64,000 nucleotides of DNA from Catajapyx aquilonaris (taxonomy: Eukaryota). The DNA lies in NCBI GenBank assembly GCA_000934665.2, contig KZ538409.1, positions 1-64,000 on the forward strand, in the 5' to 3' direction. Positions 10,527 to 23,536 of the stretch are shown here, piece by piece. The position numbers were made by a program, and so were the translations under genes. A model generated the notes under the pieces. That model was not told the origin of the DNA and made no database searches. It saw only the letters and a list, made by a program, of their open reading frames with translations. Position 1 is the stretch's first letter, and each line of letters starts with the position of its first letter.

Positions 10527-13500
10527 ATTCATCAGTTATGATGATCCACACAAATTAGTTGGCCCTAGATGCTGAACAATTTTTACACTTGACTTGTTGA
10601 CTGTCACTTCTTTGTCACAGGATCCAACAGTTGTGAATGAATCACTTTTGAAATAGGTGCCACTTGATTACTCATAAAGGCTGTTTTAGTGAAATGTTAC
10701 TATGCAATGTAAAATCATGTTCCTTAAAAAGAATTTTGATGTCGAGTTTTTCGTGTGACTATTTTCAACAATTCAGAACAAGTTGGACGTGTATATTTTC
10801 TTAGGCGGCTTCTGAATGCATCCACTTCCAACAATTTGGAAGGGAAGAGGGTTGTACGGTTGGTCATACATGATGTATGAGTTGTAATGATACATGTTGT
10901 GACTGCTTGTTGGAAACACAGAGTGATAGTATTGTGTGTACCCCTGAACTGGAACTTCTGCTGTTGACAAGATAAAACTACATATTTTCTTTCAAGCATG
11001 AAAGTGAGTTTACTAAAACCTAATCATGTTATGCATTTATACTGTGTGCATTTTTCTTAACAAAAACCAGGGTTGTACTTGACAAATAAGTATTGTTGAT
11101 GTTAATGTTACCATTGAGGCCTCTCATATGTCTTCCACTATTTTTATGACATGATATTAAAGACAGAGATTATAAAATGGTGAGCGGATCATGACTGGTT
11201 GCCTTCGTATGAAACCATAAGGGCATTTTTTTTGAAGGCACATTTAACATTTTTATACTACATTCCTAAGATGTTTAGAGAACATGAATATGCATGGTTG
11301 CCTAATGTTCTGGATCAACCTTTTCCCCCATCCCCAGTAGCACTCTCAGAACGTGAATTTGCCTTTATCCTAAGTAGTGCATTTACTTGCATATATGCTG
11401 CATTATGCTTATTGGCATGAAAATCATGGACAAATTTGCATACATGTATATCTGAACTATATTTGTGATCAAGAAAAGTTTTGAGTAGGTGGTGATTCCA
11501 TGACATGTGAAGCAGAGGGGTGAAACCTTCAAAAGTCATATAGGTGAAACAGGAAAAGCAAAGTGTAGTGAAGGTCAACAATGGTGACAAGGCAGTATGA
11601 CTTAAAGGTCTGACAGTTATGTTCGAGGTACCAAGTTCCAAAATATTTGGAAACTGTTTCACAGGTTTTTTTCTATACAACATTGTCGTCAACAGACATT
11701 GTAGTGTTTATTCCCACCTTATATTTGGGATTTATTAAGAAAATACCTGTGCCTGAATTACTTCCACCAGAAATCCCGTTGAAGAAAGTTATAAATTTCC
11801 AGTTCACACTCACTTGTGCTTCAAGTTTATTTCTTGTCACATAAAGACAATTAGCCAGATCAAAATTTATTTACATAGTAAATTTGCCATAACTCCTGAA
11901 AGTATCCCTTCTAGGATTGTTTGTTTCCGTCATGATAATTTTTACTGAGTGTGTTCTTAATCATATAAGATAAGAAGTGAAACTCGTCTTTTGCCTAATT
12001 ACATCCCCAACCAAGAATATGGATTTGGAGGTCAAGGTTCTGCAATTTTTTCCAACTTAATATGGCCATGGTTAGGAGCATTGGAGAATTTTTTTTTGTA
12101 ATCTGGCAATGTTAGAAAAAAACTTAAGCTTTGGAGTTGTTTATTAAAAGTAATATTTAATGTAATAAATGACTACAACTCAGGCTGTACAATATGACAA
12201 TGAATTCATACATTAATTCCATTGCTATCAATTGTTGTGAACAATTTATAACCATAAAATATTGCTCATTATATTCAGTAAAAAAATTCATGAAAGGTTT
12301 TCAAATGCTCCTAATGCTTTCTGTGGTCGTTTGAAGTTTGAAAAAGTTCATTTGTAAATCCAGACTTCTCAGTTTGGCATCTGAGTAGGCAAAAGCGGAG
12401 TTTCACTCTTTTATCTCATATTAGGAGCGACCTCATTAAAAATTATCATGATCTGAGCTGAATACAATCCTGGTAGAGATCCTTTGTATGTATACAAAGC
12501 CCACTGGCATTGCTGTTGGGGTACCTGTTCCCATGTGTCTTGTCTGGATACTGGGGCATAATAAATGTACAAATTGATTGTCAGTCATGTGTGATAGTCA
12601 TGTAAAAGACACCAGATCATGATATTTTAGCAATCTTATTGCATGTAGTAAACTCATGAGCACATTTCAGGCACAAATAAGCCAAAATGTTTTATCCAAG
12701 CATGCCCATTGCAATGGCTTAATGCAAATATCATGGCCAGTAATAATTGCAGTACATATGCAACAAGACCACACACTACCAAGCAAATAAATCAACTTAC
12801 ATCAACAATAATGATTATTATTGTTGGTGTCGGCATGTTCCTATAGGAAATTTTGTTCATTCCTGCATATCATTGCTTCATTTTGCTAGTTATTTATCAG
12901 GTGTAATTTGAAGCCTTTTATTTCTCTCAATCTGACTCATTGTGTAGTCTGTTACAAAATCCTTTTTGTGACTTTCACACAGATGACCTGCAGCATCTTG
13001 GAAATGAAATATTTGGTCTATGCTTGAAGTACAAACTTGGCTTCCCAAAATATTAAGTAAACAAAATACGTACAGGATATCATTAGTTCTATGTTCAGAT
13101 GTGTCATGCATGGCTAGGTCATTTTGTCCAGGACAGCATCCAAGCAGTTGCTGTTCCTCTCAAACTCCAAATCATGTGATCGGACCCAGATCCTTAATTT
13201 TTGTGACTTCACAAAAGCAGCAGTGTGCAAATTGCTCAGTAGTGCAAAAAAATATGGGCTGAAACCTCACCACCTCCCTTGAACATCACATATGCAAATG
13301 TAATTTACCCAGAAGACATGGGCATATTTTGCAACCTATATGCAAGTAATATTGTAATACTAATTTTTGTAAATGCTTCGGACAGATGCGGTTGAAATAT
13401 TGGTCTATAACTGACAAGAATTTTTTATAGGTGCATTTGCAACTTTCCTCACAGCCAGTGAATCTCTTGGATAATGATATGCATTACTAAGCTTCAGTTA

Positions 13501-13937
13501 ATTTTGTACTATTTTGTAAGAGCAATTGTTCCATTGTGGGTACTAATATTGTACTATTAGATCTCCAAGTGAAGGGTTGTCTGGGTTAATAAAAACAATC
13601 ATGAATATGTAATTGTTGAATTTTATACACTGACATGCATGAGATTATTATGAGTGTAAAAGGAACGTGTTTCAGGCATGCAGCTTAGGACTTTTTCCAC
13701 TGCACCACAGGACTAATTAAAATCCACCAAACAGATCAGGTAATGAAATGTGAAAAACAAACGGCAACATCCATCACTTTAGCTAGTGTTAAGGTTAGAA
13801 GGAAAAACTTGTGGTCAGTGTAGCATTTGCAAAGAAATTGCCCAATCGTACTGGAAATACATAATGGTACGTTCACTCATTTGATTTCAAAAATGAAATG
13901 TTAAGAGACATTAACTGATTGGGCCATTTCTTTGCAG

Positions 13938-14128
13938 ATTTGGGAGGTTCGTTAGAGGAGAACACGAGCTGGATGTGTAGAATCCGGTCCACGCAACGGC
14001 ATCCGGAGCAAAACAAAATAGCTGCCATCAGAGACATAGAGGCCGGGGAGTCAGTAAAAAACACTAGTCTTAAGTACAATATCCCCGAGAGGACTTTGAG
14101 AAGATGGAGAAATCAACTTACGCAGTGA
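13938..14128 (+). CDS. Alternative terminal exon 4: psq-type HTH
   Basis: catttctttgcag|AT, phase 1; EQNKIAAIRDIEAGESVKNTSLKYNIPERTLRRW. Confidence 0.8.
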
Positions 14129-14576
14129 CATGTTTAGGACACTTCAACTGGGTGTTTTATTGTGTTAAAGGGGTAATGTCAGAGTTTACGTAGACCATTC
14201 AGCTATGTGCATTGAGAAGTTAATTGATGAGCGGGTTAGCTTAACTAGGCACAGTAAAATTTGATAGACTTCCCAAGATGACTGCTGCTTGATGAACAAC
14301 AGTCTCAGAAAGACATTTGTATTTCTTCAATAATAATTTGATTGTCAAATTTTACTGGGGCCACTTGACATATTCAGGAGTAGTGCTTGATGCAAGGTTA
14401 GGGTTAATTTGCTCAATCTTGCAATACATTTACAGACCGATATTAGTGGGTGCTTCCCTTTCTTCATGTTCATTGTTATAATGGAATAAAAACAAGCTGG
14501 CACAAATGCACGTATATTTGTATGGGAGATGAGTGGCCAGTTGTGTTACTACAAGAGTGGGCATCTTCCGTTGCAG

Positions 14577-14788
14577 GTTGGATTCAGTCGAGGATGAGCG
14601 CAAACTATACGGCCAGTGATCTAAAAGCCGCCATAGATCTGATAGAATCGGGTACCATGGGCATCAGGGCTGCTGCTAGGCAGTACAGAATTCCATACGA
14701 AACTGTTCGCAGGAATTATGCATTGCAGTTATCAGGCAGAGGAACCATGCAAAAGATGAATGCTCTGCCATGGAATTCTCAGTACTGA
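14577..14788 (+). CDS. Alternative terminal exon 5: pipsqueak HTH
   Basis: catcttccgttgcag|GT, phase 1; YTASDLKAAIDLIESGTMGIRAAARQYRIPYETVRR. Confidence 0.85.
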
Positions 14789-15052
14789 TAGACACCTAAT
14801 GAAATGGGCATTACTTTTTTTGTGTTGTATTCCTACATTTATGTGATGCATAAACAACTCTGTGGTATGCGCGTGTTCTTGTGTGAAGATCAAAACTGCA
14901 CACATGATGTTGGAAGGCCAATGTTTACCTGGTGCATCATTGCCTGGTCACAGGTGATGCAAAAGTGGAGTTCTCTTAATGAAACATCCTGTAGGGTGTT
15001 GTCAAGTTGTGCTCAGTGCAGGTGTGACTGCTTCATACTTCGTATTCCAATA

Positions 15053-15494
15053 CAGGGTGAAGGGAAACTTGCGGATATTCGCCAGGTAGATTGATAGTAC
15101 TCGTAAAAGTAATATTGGGATGTACAATTAGTTTTGGGCTCCGTTGCATAGTTAATGTGTACGGCGCCGTCAAAGTTTCGTGATGTCACATCCGTTCCGC
15201 CAGCTTCAAAGAAGCAAATGTCAGTTCAAGGGCCTCCGGTCCCTTGCCTTTGTCCCCTAACACATCATCCATATGCGATAGGTAATCAAATCCCGTCAGA
15301 GTAAGAATCTGGGTAAGAAACCCTTGCACTTTGTCGTTTTTACTTCATACTTTACCATCTGGCCCTCTACACTTTAAAGACGCCATACGCATTAACTATG
15401 CAACAGAGCCAAAAACTAATTGCACATCCCTATATTAGTTTTGCTAGTACTATAAGTTTACCTGCCGATTGTCCATGAGTTTCCCTTCACCCTG
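15053..15494. mobile_element. Tc1/mariner-type MITE
   Basis: TA|cagggtgaagggaaact ... agtttcccttcaccctg|TA with long subterminal inverted arms. Confidence 0.75.
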
Positions 15495-16616
15495 TATATT
15501 ATTCTAAATGCCATTTTTTTGTAAGATCCCAAATTTTATACATGCAAAATGGCATTAGTCTGTGATGATAATGATAAGGGACCTTCTGAGTATTTCAGAT
15601 TTAAGAAATTGTAGGATTTTCTTCCCATTTTCTGATTGATAAGGTAGTCTGATCATCATGGATGCAAGAAATTGTCTTGTGAATGAAATTCAGCCATATT
15701 GGTGTACACTCAAGTACAGCATCTTGGTGACATTAATGAGGAATTATTTATAAGCAAAAAATGCCATGTTCAGGAGGAGTATGTTCTGGCATGATGATGA
15801 GAGAGAGAATGTAGTGAAAATTCAATTGTGGAGGGTTGCTTTGTTTACTTGAAGGAAGATTTTGTGAATATTGTGGTACAATTTAATCTGTTGCAGTGAT
15901 ATTTTGAGACTAACTGCCTATGTTAATCAGTTAACTTTTAGGAGTTATGAGAAATATTACCTGCTGATATTATGAATTGCCATGAATTTCCAAGGCATTA
16001 CTGATAAGTTCAGAACAATTGGCATCTGAGATCAATGATTAATCCAACTTTGTAAGCTACATCTTGTAGTGGTTAAAAAATAAAATGTTAACAGTTAATA
16101 TTTTGATAGTGAAAAAGTAAGTAAAGGTAAATGCTTTAAAGTAACTTCTAAATAATGAGCAGCTTTGTGACAAATAATCACTAACCAAGTGACACTTCAG
16201 TTGTAATACACTGTATAATATATACCATATGTGTAACAAAAGTCAGCTTAAATCCTTATCAGTGAAAATTTCACAGACCCTGACCATGGTTGCCTTGCCT
16301 TCTAGTGTGATAGGGAGTTGTATATACAGTTTTAGAGCACATCTAGTAGGGTTACTGAATGGATATAACTACTACACTTCAAGATTTGAGTTAGAGGTGA
16401 CTGAAGTGAATGTCCACAAGATTTTCATGGATACTAATGTAAATGGACTTTTGTTATATACATAGTGCGAAGTCAGTAAGACGACTGTTGGTTTGCATTT
16501 GCCTTTCAATGCCATGTCATTGCAGTTCCCTGGCCCCCAGCTTGATATCTATAATACCCTTTCTTGATGGTGAGTCCCAAGGTGAGTTCCCCTTCTTCCC
16601 TGGCCTTATCTTCCAG

Positions 16617-16900
16617 GTTGGAATAGCGGGCGCAGGTACAAACAGTACGCCCAGGTCGATCTGGCCCAGGCGCTGGATGCTGTCACTGCAGGGATCTGCT
16701 CGGGGAAGGGAGCCAGTCGCAAGTACAACATCCCTTATAACACTCTGAGGAGGTGGATGGAGAGATGTGCCATCAGGGCCAGGGGCAAGAGGGGGAGAAG
16801 GAGGAGGTCTGAGGTAGTCGGGGGGGCAGGGGACAGAGGAAGAGGAGGACAGGAGGCGGTGGCTGGAGAGTCAGCCAGTGGGGGTGAAGGAACTAGTTAG
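16617..16900 (+). CDS. Alternative terminal exon 6: pipsqueak HTH plus basic/Gly-rich tail
   Basis: ccttatcttccag|GT, phase 1; manually translated GWNSGRRYKQYAQVDLAQALDAVTAGICSGKGASRKYNIPYNTLRRWMERC...GRRRRS...EGTS*; this frame is not in the ORF track. Confidence 0.85.
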
Positions 16901-17523
16901 GAGTATGGGAAGTGGGAGCAGACATATTTACTCGTGACTCAGTGCACCCATTAACCCAAGTGTAATTTTTTGCTCCATATTTTTTCTAATGTAATTAGTA
17001 ATTGGAGATCTGCTTGTACCAAGCATGAATTTTTTGTGTGCTGCATCACTTGGTATAAACAGATACTCAGGTACTAATCTCATATTGAAAATATTAAGCA
17101 AAAAGTCTTGTATGTTATACCAGCTTTAAGAAATGCCCGAAGTGGGATTTGGTAATGAAGTTGATATGCGCTTTGTGCTGTTTTTTAATTAATTATGAAG
17201 CATTGTGTATGGAGATGCCTACAGTTCCTGCTGTTTTTGTTGTGCTAGGATTTGAGTGTTATGTATGGAATTCAGTGTCACAGTGAGGTGTTATTAGTTG
17301 GAGAGGACAGTGGACATTGCTTTTCCAGACAAGTGATTTTCAGTAGTGATTTTAGAAGTGTCAAAAGTGTGGATTCTGGGTACAACTAGCCAAAGGACAA
17401 TTTGTGCAGTATATCCAAAAAGAATAAATGTGATGTGAAATCCAAAAGTGACTTTATGTTTAAGCACAACAATTTTTTCATTTGCAGCCGGGCTTGACTT
17501 AAATCTTTCCACCTTTTTTTCAG

Positions 17524-17840
17524 GCTTGGTCTGGTATGACCCGGAAGATACCCAGCTAGAGAGTGGCTATACATTCACTGCAGGCACCAGCGCCAGCACC
17601 ACCAGTAGCAGGTTGACTACTATGACCCCACACAAGAAGTCCCGCCGCTTGAAGCATGCTGATGATGTCCTCCAGAAGGCTGCTGACCTAATAATAGCAG
17701 GGACTTCTTACAGGAAGGTCAGCCAGCTGTTTGACATCCCGAAGAGTACTCTGCATTCATTCCTCAGGATTAGAATGGGATTGAAAAAGAACGAACCAAA
17801 GACCAAGGGGCATGCAGTGTTCCCACCTAGTACTGTATGA
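17524..17840 (+). CDS. Alternative terminal exon 7: pipsqueak HTH
   Basis: ttccacctttttttcag|GC, phase 1 (second in-frame acceptor at 17488); HADDVLQKAADLIIAGTSYRKVSQLFDIPKSTLHSFLR. Confidence 0.85.
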
Positions 17841-20800
17841 GAGGTGCAGAGTATGTGGATTAGGGTCTGTGTGATGTCATTTTTTTAAATAGCTATCTTC
17901 AGAATCATTGGCTCAAAAAAGAGGATATCACCTTTGAACAGATAGCTATTTTAAAGTAGTGACTACAGGATGGTTGGAAAGGTTTTAACCTTCTTGACTT
18001 CTACATCTTTTTGGACTGATGATATGATATAGATGATCTATTTTATTGATGAGGACCCTTGAACAGTGGACACTTCATGCAAAAGCATAGAAGTATATTA
18101 CTTGCAACAGAATGTCACAGCCATAAAATATATCATCAGTAGCATGTGACGTAGTCCAGCAGGAGTCAAGGTCCCAGGTACATATTCAGATTTGTTGAAA
18201 ATTTTAAATGCCAAAGAAAGAAAAGGCTCAGCAATGATATCATGACTTTAAGAGAAACTGCATTCAATTTACAAATTGATATCTAAAAATTGGGCAAAAA
18301 AATCTGGATTCAGAGGGTGCATTTCTGAGAATTGAAAGGTAAGCCCAGGGCAAAAGGTCAAGGTCAGGAAAAATTTGTTGGCTGCAGTTTCTAGTTCTTA
18401 AGGCAAAGGGAACAGCCAGCGCCCCAAATGGCACTGTGTGAACTCAGGTTAATTTTACAGGCGATCAAAACATGCATGCATATGATGTATTTATGTTTCT
18501 AGAACAATCAAGGAAGTTATTTTATCATTGTCATACTGGGCTTGAACCAGTTACATAGAACTAAGGGTGTGGTACGTATCTGCCTCACATAAGTTTGAAA
18601 TTTTAAAATCCAACCTGCAAAATATGACACATCTGTTGATCATTCACCTGCCAATAGACATCTTTTCACCATCAACTAACTTAGATCAAGACAGGGATAT
18701 TGGGCTGGTGATGTGAGAGGACAATTTACACTTTGTGAAAACTATCGATCTCTCTTGTCACTATAGTGACAGGAGACAGATTGATGATAATGGTCACTTG
18801 CTCCCTGGAATGGTGTGACCAGATGGACCCCTTCTTTTCCCCAATTCATGCCAGGTGATGCCCCTATCTAGTTGTTGACAAAACTTATCCAGACTGACTT
18901 TTTGCTCTGGGGTTACCTTTCAATTCTTAGAGAAATGGATGGCACCATTGGAATCGAGATATTTTTTGCCAAATTTTTGAGAGCCCAAGCTGCACATTGA
19001 GTGCAATGACCCTTTCAATGCTCAAGTATAATGTTTCGCATGAAAATGTTTCCAAGGTTATATCTTTCACAGTTTTTCATATATATTTAGTGTTGAACTT
19101 TAATACAAGTCTGTGGGATTTTAAACGTTCCAATCAACCTGTATATTGGACTGATTTGTTGGAGAGCCAAAGCTACTATATTAGAATGATTATGTCTTGA
19201 ATCAGTGGCTATGTTGGTTCATGTGTATGCGTGTCTGAGTCTTAACATTTTCTTATTATCAAAGGAGTCACGATAATGGCATTCTAGCCAATGTCGAAAA
19301 TCAGAGGCATAATCATTATTAATGTAATTCTTGGATGCGCAGGAAAAAGAGCATAAATCAAAAAAGCTCACATGTCAGGAAAGCAGATTATCTTAAATAC
19401 TGGACTTCTTGTAAAGATGACATACTCTTGCTCGCAGATTTTCCTAGCCTGGTTTTAGGGCTTGACATGCAGCCTTATGGCAGAACCAAGAGGGACTCCT
19501 TGTGACTATAACTGGCATAACAGGACACGTAACTCAATTTGCACATTTTCTGACTTGTGCTCTTTTTCCCGTGCATCCGAGAATTATGCTGGGGGTTAGG
19601 AGTAAAGGTGACTGACTGTGAGTATAATAGGAAGATTTCCTATTACCTGTGCATTGTAAACTTGCCAAGATGTATTTTCTCAAAATTCACGTTGTGTGAG
19701 GTAGCACAGAGTCATCCTAAGACCATAACTTTTCAGCACATGTTTTATATGGGATTTCAGACTGAAAGGGGTTAGAATTTGACGGTATTTTTATTCTTTC
19801 TTGTAATTTACACCAACCTGTAAGACATTTGGAGCTTCCATCTCCCAGTTTATGTGCCTTAAAATTGAAAATGCTGTGATTACTTTTCTAATAAGTTTGA
19901 TTCTTCATGGAGATTTTATTTCCTGTACACAAAAGATTCTAAACCCTGGAAGTCTAGTTTCGTTGATACTGTAGAGTATATCTTGTTTCATTGATACTGT
20001 ATTTGGATAATGTTTTGCTATGTTATCCACTATTCTGTGTAGTTCATTGCAGAATACTTCTCTTTTTTAATCATACGCAGTTATGCTGACCGAACTTGTC
20101 ACGTAGTACAAGAAAGTGAACCTTGATGGAGAAAATAATAATGTCACTATTATTATCCAGAGATTTATGTAACATTTTCTCATATGTTAATTTCTTAATG
20201 CTGTCTCAAATTTCTGAAATCGATAAGCTTGCTCAACATTTTTTTAATTTTTTTAATTTTTTTAATTTTTTTGTCTTCATAATATGACTAGTGTAAAAGT
20301 TCATACTGCTTACCCAACAAATCTGTGTGCCCAACAATATTGCATTCCAGCCTTACGTGATACTTCTGTAGATCCAAAAGTCACCCTTGGCCAGTCAACT
20401 CATGCCTTGATATTCCGAGTACCAATCTTCAGAACCAGAATGTGATATAATTGGACACAAGGCTTTGTGGGTCATGCAATCCTTTACTGACCTGCCAAAA
20501 TATTACGGGTCAAAAAAGTGCTCACTGCAGCTCGTGGCTGGATGACTCCTGAGTTCAGGAGAAGAAACCTGTGAGAGTGGATAGAAATACTATTATGTGG
20601 TGTGGAGGTTGGGAGGGTGAGAGGAAGAAAAATGATGTGTCAATGCCACATAATAAATTTCCTGGTGCACACAGACTCCTTTCATCACTCGAACAGAAAT
20701 CCTGGTAGACAGTACATGTTATTAATAGTTACAGGATCTGAAATTATGATCAAGAATTCTTCCACAGTTCTGGTGTGAGGGTGTATGCCATGTTGACCAA

Positions 20801-20910
20801 AAAAGTTTATGTTAACTTGATAATCATGAGGTTAAATGTTAAATCTGTACTTTCTCTTTGAGCGTAATAATAAACGGGGGATTAATGATTTGTGTATTAT
20901 TCCATGTGAC

Positions 20911-22067
20911 TCAAGTTGGCGGATTAAGATGTGTAGTAGGGGTGTCAAGCAAATTTTCAGGGACTGCTGCTGGTTGTAATTTTTCTTTAGTATCATCTAA
21001 AGGATCTTCTTCACTGAGACAAGCAGATGCTTGCAAATGTTCATCCATCTGAAAGGGAGTGGAACCAGTTATATTAACTTCGATTTGTTGACAATGCTGA
21101 AGAATATCTTACCCAACTTGTACTATCCATATCTTCACCAGTGATCTCCTTCTCCGAATCAGATTCAGCAGGTTCCAACTTCACAATCACTAGTTGACAC
21201 CTCTCAGCTACTGGCTCAGTCACTGGCACATTGTCTTCAGTCTTCGGTTCTATTACTGGTGGCATTTTGGGTGATAATCTGCTCTTCTTTATTGCTGGAC
21301 AATCTTTGCTTTGCTTCCTCTTGCAAGATCTACATCATGAACATAGCAAAAAAATGTGTCTCTGTTACGTTGGTAAAACTCTCATGTGCATGCCTGAGTC
21401 AAGTTGGCATTCCAATAAAAGTCTCATTCGGAGGGCAAGCATGGCATAGGCAGTCTACCATGGCATGCAGCCATGTGACAACTCAATCAGGATGAGACGT
21501 GCAGGATTACATTGATGCGAATAGCCTGACAGTGAGCCAACTTTTGGGTCGCTCTATAGCACCATACAAGACTTGTCACAGATACTTGCAAGCAAGAAAA
21601 ACAACATGCCTGATATGAGTAACTGGCTCCTCTTCTGCAACTTCTGCAGGCATGGACAAACCCCTTATTTTTAGAGCCTCTGCCGCTTTGATAAGGGGCT
21701 GCAGGTTTTCCCTCTCTACACTGACCAGGCCTTTGTACATGAAGTCAACAAGGGCTTCCACCTCCCAGGACTTGATGTCCCTCAGAAATATAATGGGATG
21801 AGGGCAGGGATTCTCAGTGAGGATCTTTTTAAAGTATGAGGAGCAGGCAGACAGAACCATTTTGTGGCAGTGGAAACTGTGGCCTTCTTCACAGGTCAGA
21901 GTCACATCAACAAAGTGCTGCTGGGCCAGAAGGTCTGAAAACATTTGGTTCATGCACAGGGAATGCTCCTTCCAGTGGATCTGGAGCAGTTGGGACAGCT
22001 GCTGTGGCACTGGTTTGAGTGGACGAGCTGCTGTACTTGGTGTTGGTATGACAGCATGATGTGTCAC
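20911..22067 (-). CDS. Tramtrack-group BTB/POZ protein; exons 22067-21610, 21329-21113, 21048-20911
   Basis: QLLQIHWKEH...FVDVTLTCEEGHSFHCHKMVLSACSSYFKKILTENPCPHPIIFLRD...LVDFMYKG...AAEALKIRGL; splice phases chain in frame (0, 2, 0); acidic tail and no C-terminal DNA-binding domain. Confidence 0.85.
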
Positions 22068-22429
22068 CTACGAGGGACAAATACAGGATATCTAGTGGTT
22101 ATTTTTTATTTATTTTTAAAAATCAACCTGTTCATTTTAAGCAGTGCCTTTTGAAAAGTTACTTTTAGTGGATTTCAAAAGTATCAGCTACTAGTAATTC
22201 TCAGTAGAATAATTCATTCTGGACCTAAAATGCAATGAATTTATGAGCTTAAAACATTAGGAGTGATCCTTTCTGAACCACTGGGACTTGAGGTCAATGG
22301 CAGCAATTGTTAGACCCTCCTGCATTGGTTTTAAAAAATGGTCTTCTAATATACCAAATATTAGCATCTGGTGTGTGAGAAAACCTGTAAAAGTAGGTGT
22401 AACTCCTGAGCTGCAATTACAAGGGAACA

Positions 22430-22780
22430 ACCAAGTCGATCGCGTCCGATTTAGTTGAAACTTGCTTGAGGGGTCACTGATGTGCGATTGACACTGTGGT
22501 GGGAGTCCTAGATGACACTGTTCAGCCATTTCCGAGATATGAGCGACAGAAACATCCGAATTTTGTCCGCGCGTATAGGGGCCTTGCAGGACCTTGCAAT
22601 TGTCCCTTCCCCCCCGACACCTGTATGCGGCGGTATGCACAGCCAAAATTAGCATTTGTTTGTGCTCATATCTCGGAAACTGCTGGACAGTGTCATCTAG
22701 GACTGTCACCACTGTGTCTATCGCACATGAGTGACCCCTCAAGCGAATTTCAACCAAATTGGAGGCGACCGACCTTGGTC
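22430..22780. mobile_element. Foldback MITE-like element
   Basis: accaagtcgatcgc...gaggggtcact mirrored by agtgacccctc...gcgaccgaccttggt; explains the paired similar ORFs on opposite strands. Confidence 0.7.
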
Positions 22781-23024
22781 TTTACTTTGTTAGTGTGGAA
22801 AAATCACGAACCACCATGGACATTAAATGGTTATTACATTGAGTTGTCCATTTGAGTCTGAAATATATGGTAAACCAAAATAGTGTATTAATTACCACAA
22901 TAGTACAAGGGCATGCTGATAATTTTTGCCTCCTTGTACATAGAATCTGTAATATGATACATATCACAGGACAATGTGGGTAACATCAAACGAGAGCCAG
23001 GAATGTCCTACACAAAACCATATA

Positions 23025-23445
23025 CAGGGTGTATCTGAACTCAGTGCCCCGACGTATATGACTGCCTTCCTAGCCACCAGAGGATCGATTTAAGTATAGG
23101 AATCATTATGTTTGGCCGCCGCATTACGGAGATAATTGGCCGCAAACATGTAGTACAAAATATCCTGTCGGTTAGGCCACCCATCGAACCCTCCCCCAGT
23201 CAGAAGGCTCTGGAAGGTTGGGGGGCGGGACTTCGTTGGTTTGTTGCCCACAGGTGGTAAGGCCTCTTTGGCTAGTTACACCAGAAAATTCTATTTAAAA
23301 GTCAGGAGCGATTAGGCAAAAATCGCTAAAGAGTATATCTCAGTAATGAGGCTGCCAAACATAATGATTCCTATACTTAAATCGATCCTCTGGTGGCTAG
23401 GAAGGCAGTCATATACGTCGGGGCACTGAGTTCAGATACACCCTG
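23025..23445. mobile_element. Young Tc1/mariner-type MITE
   Basis: About 90-bp perfect TIRs cagggtgtatctgaactcagtgccccgacg...; TA flanks. Confidence 0.85.
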
Positions 23446-23536
23446 TATATGTTGTAGCCCCATAGCAAAATTGGGCACTTCAAGAAATGTCTACTGAAAT
23501 TGGACACATGCTGTAGTGCAATCTCTTGTGAAGAAT

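Noticed and set aside
3049..17840. HTH exons as remnants of pogo/Tigger transposases
   Set aside because: No TIRs or DDE domain follow them; all have same-phase acceptors, unrelated linkers and clean stops, which fits host exons.
20531..20574. Possible extra phase-1 exon (ARGWMTPEFRRRNL*)
   Set aside because: Only 14 codons, weak pyrimidine tract, no domain.
20911..22067. Minus-strand BTB gene as the direct common region for the phase-1 psq exons
   Set aside because: Opposite strand and no phase-1 donor found in its exons.
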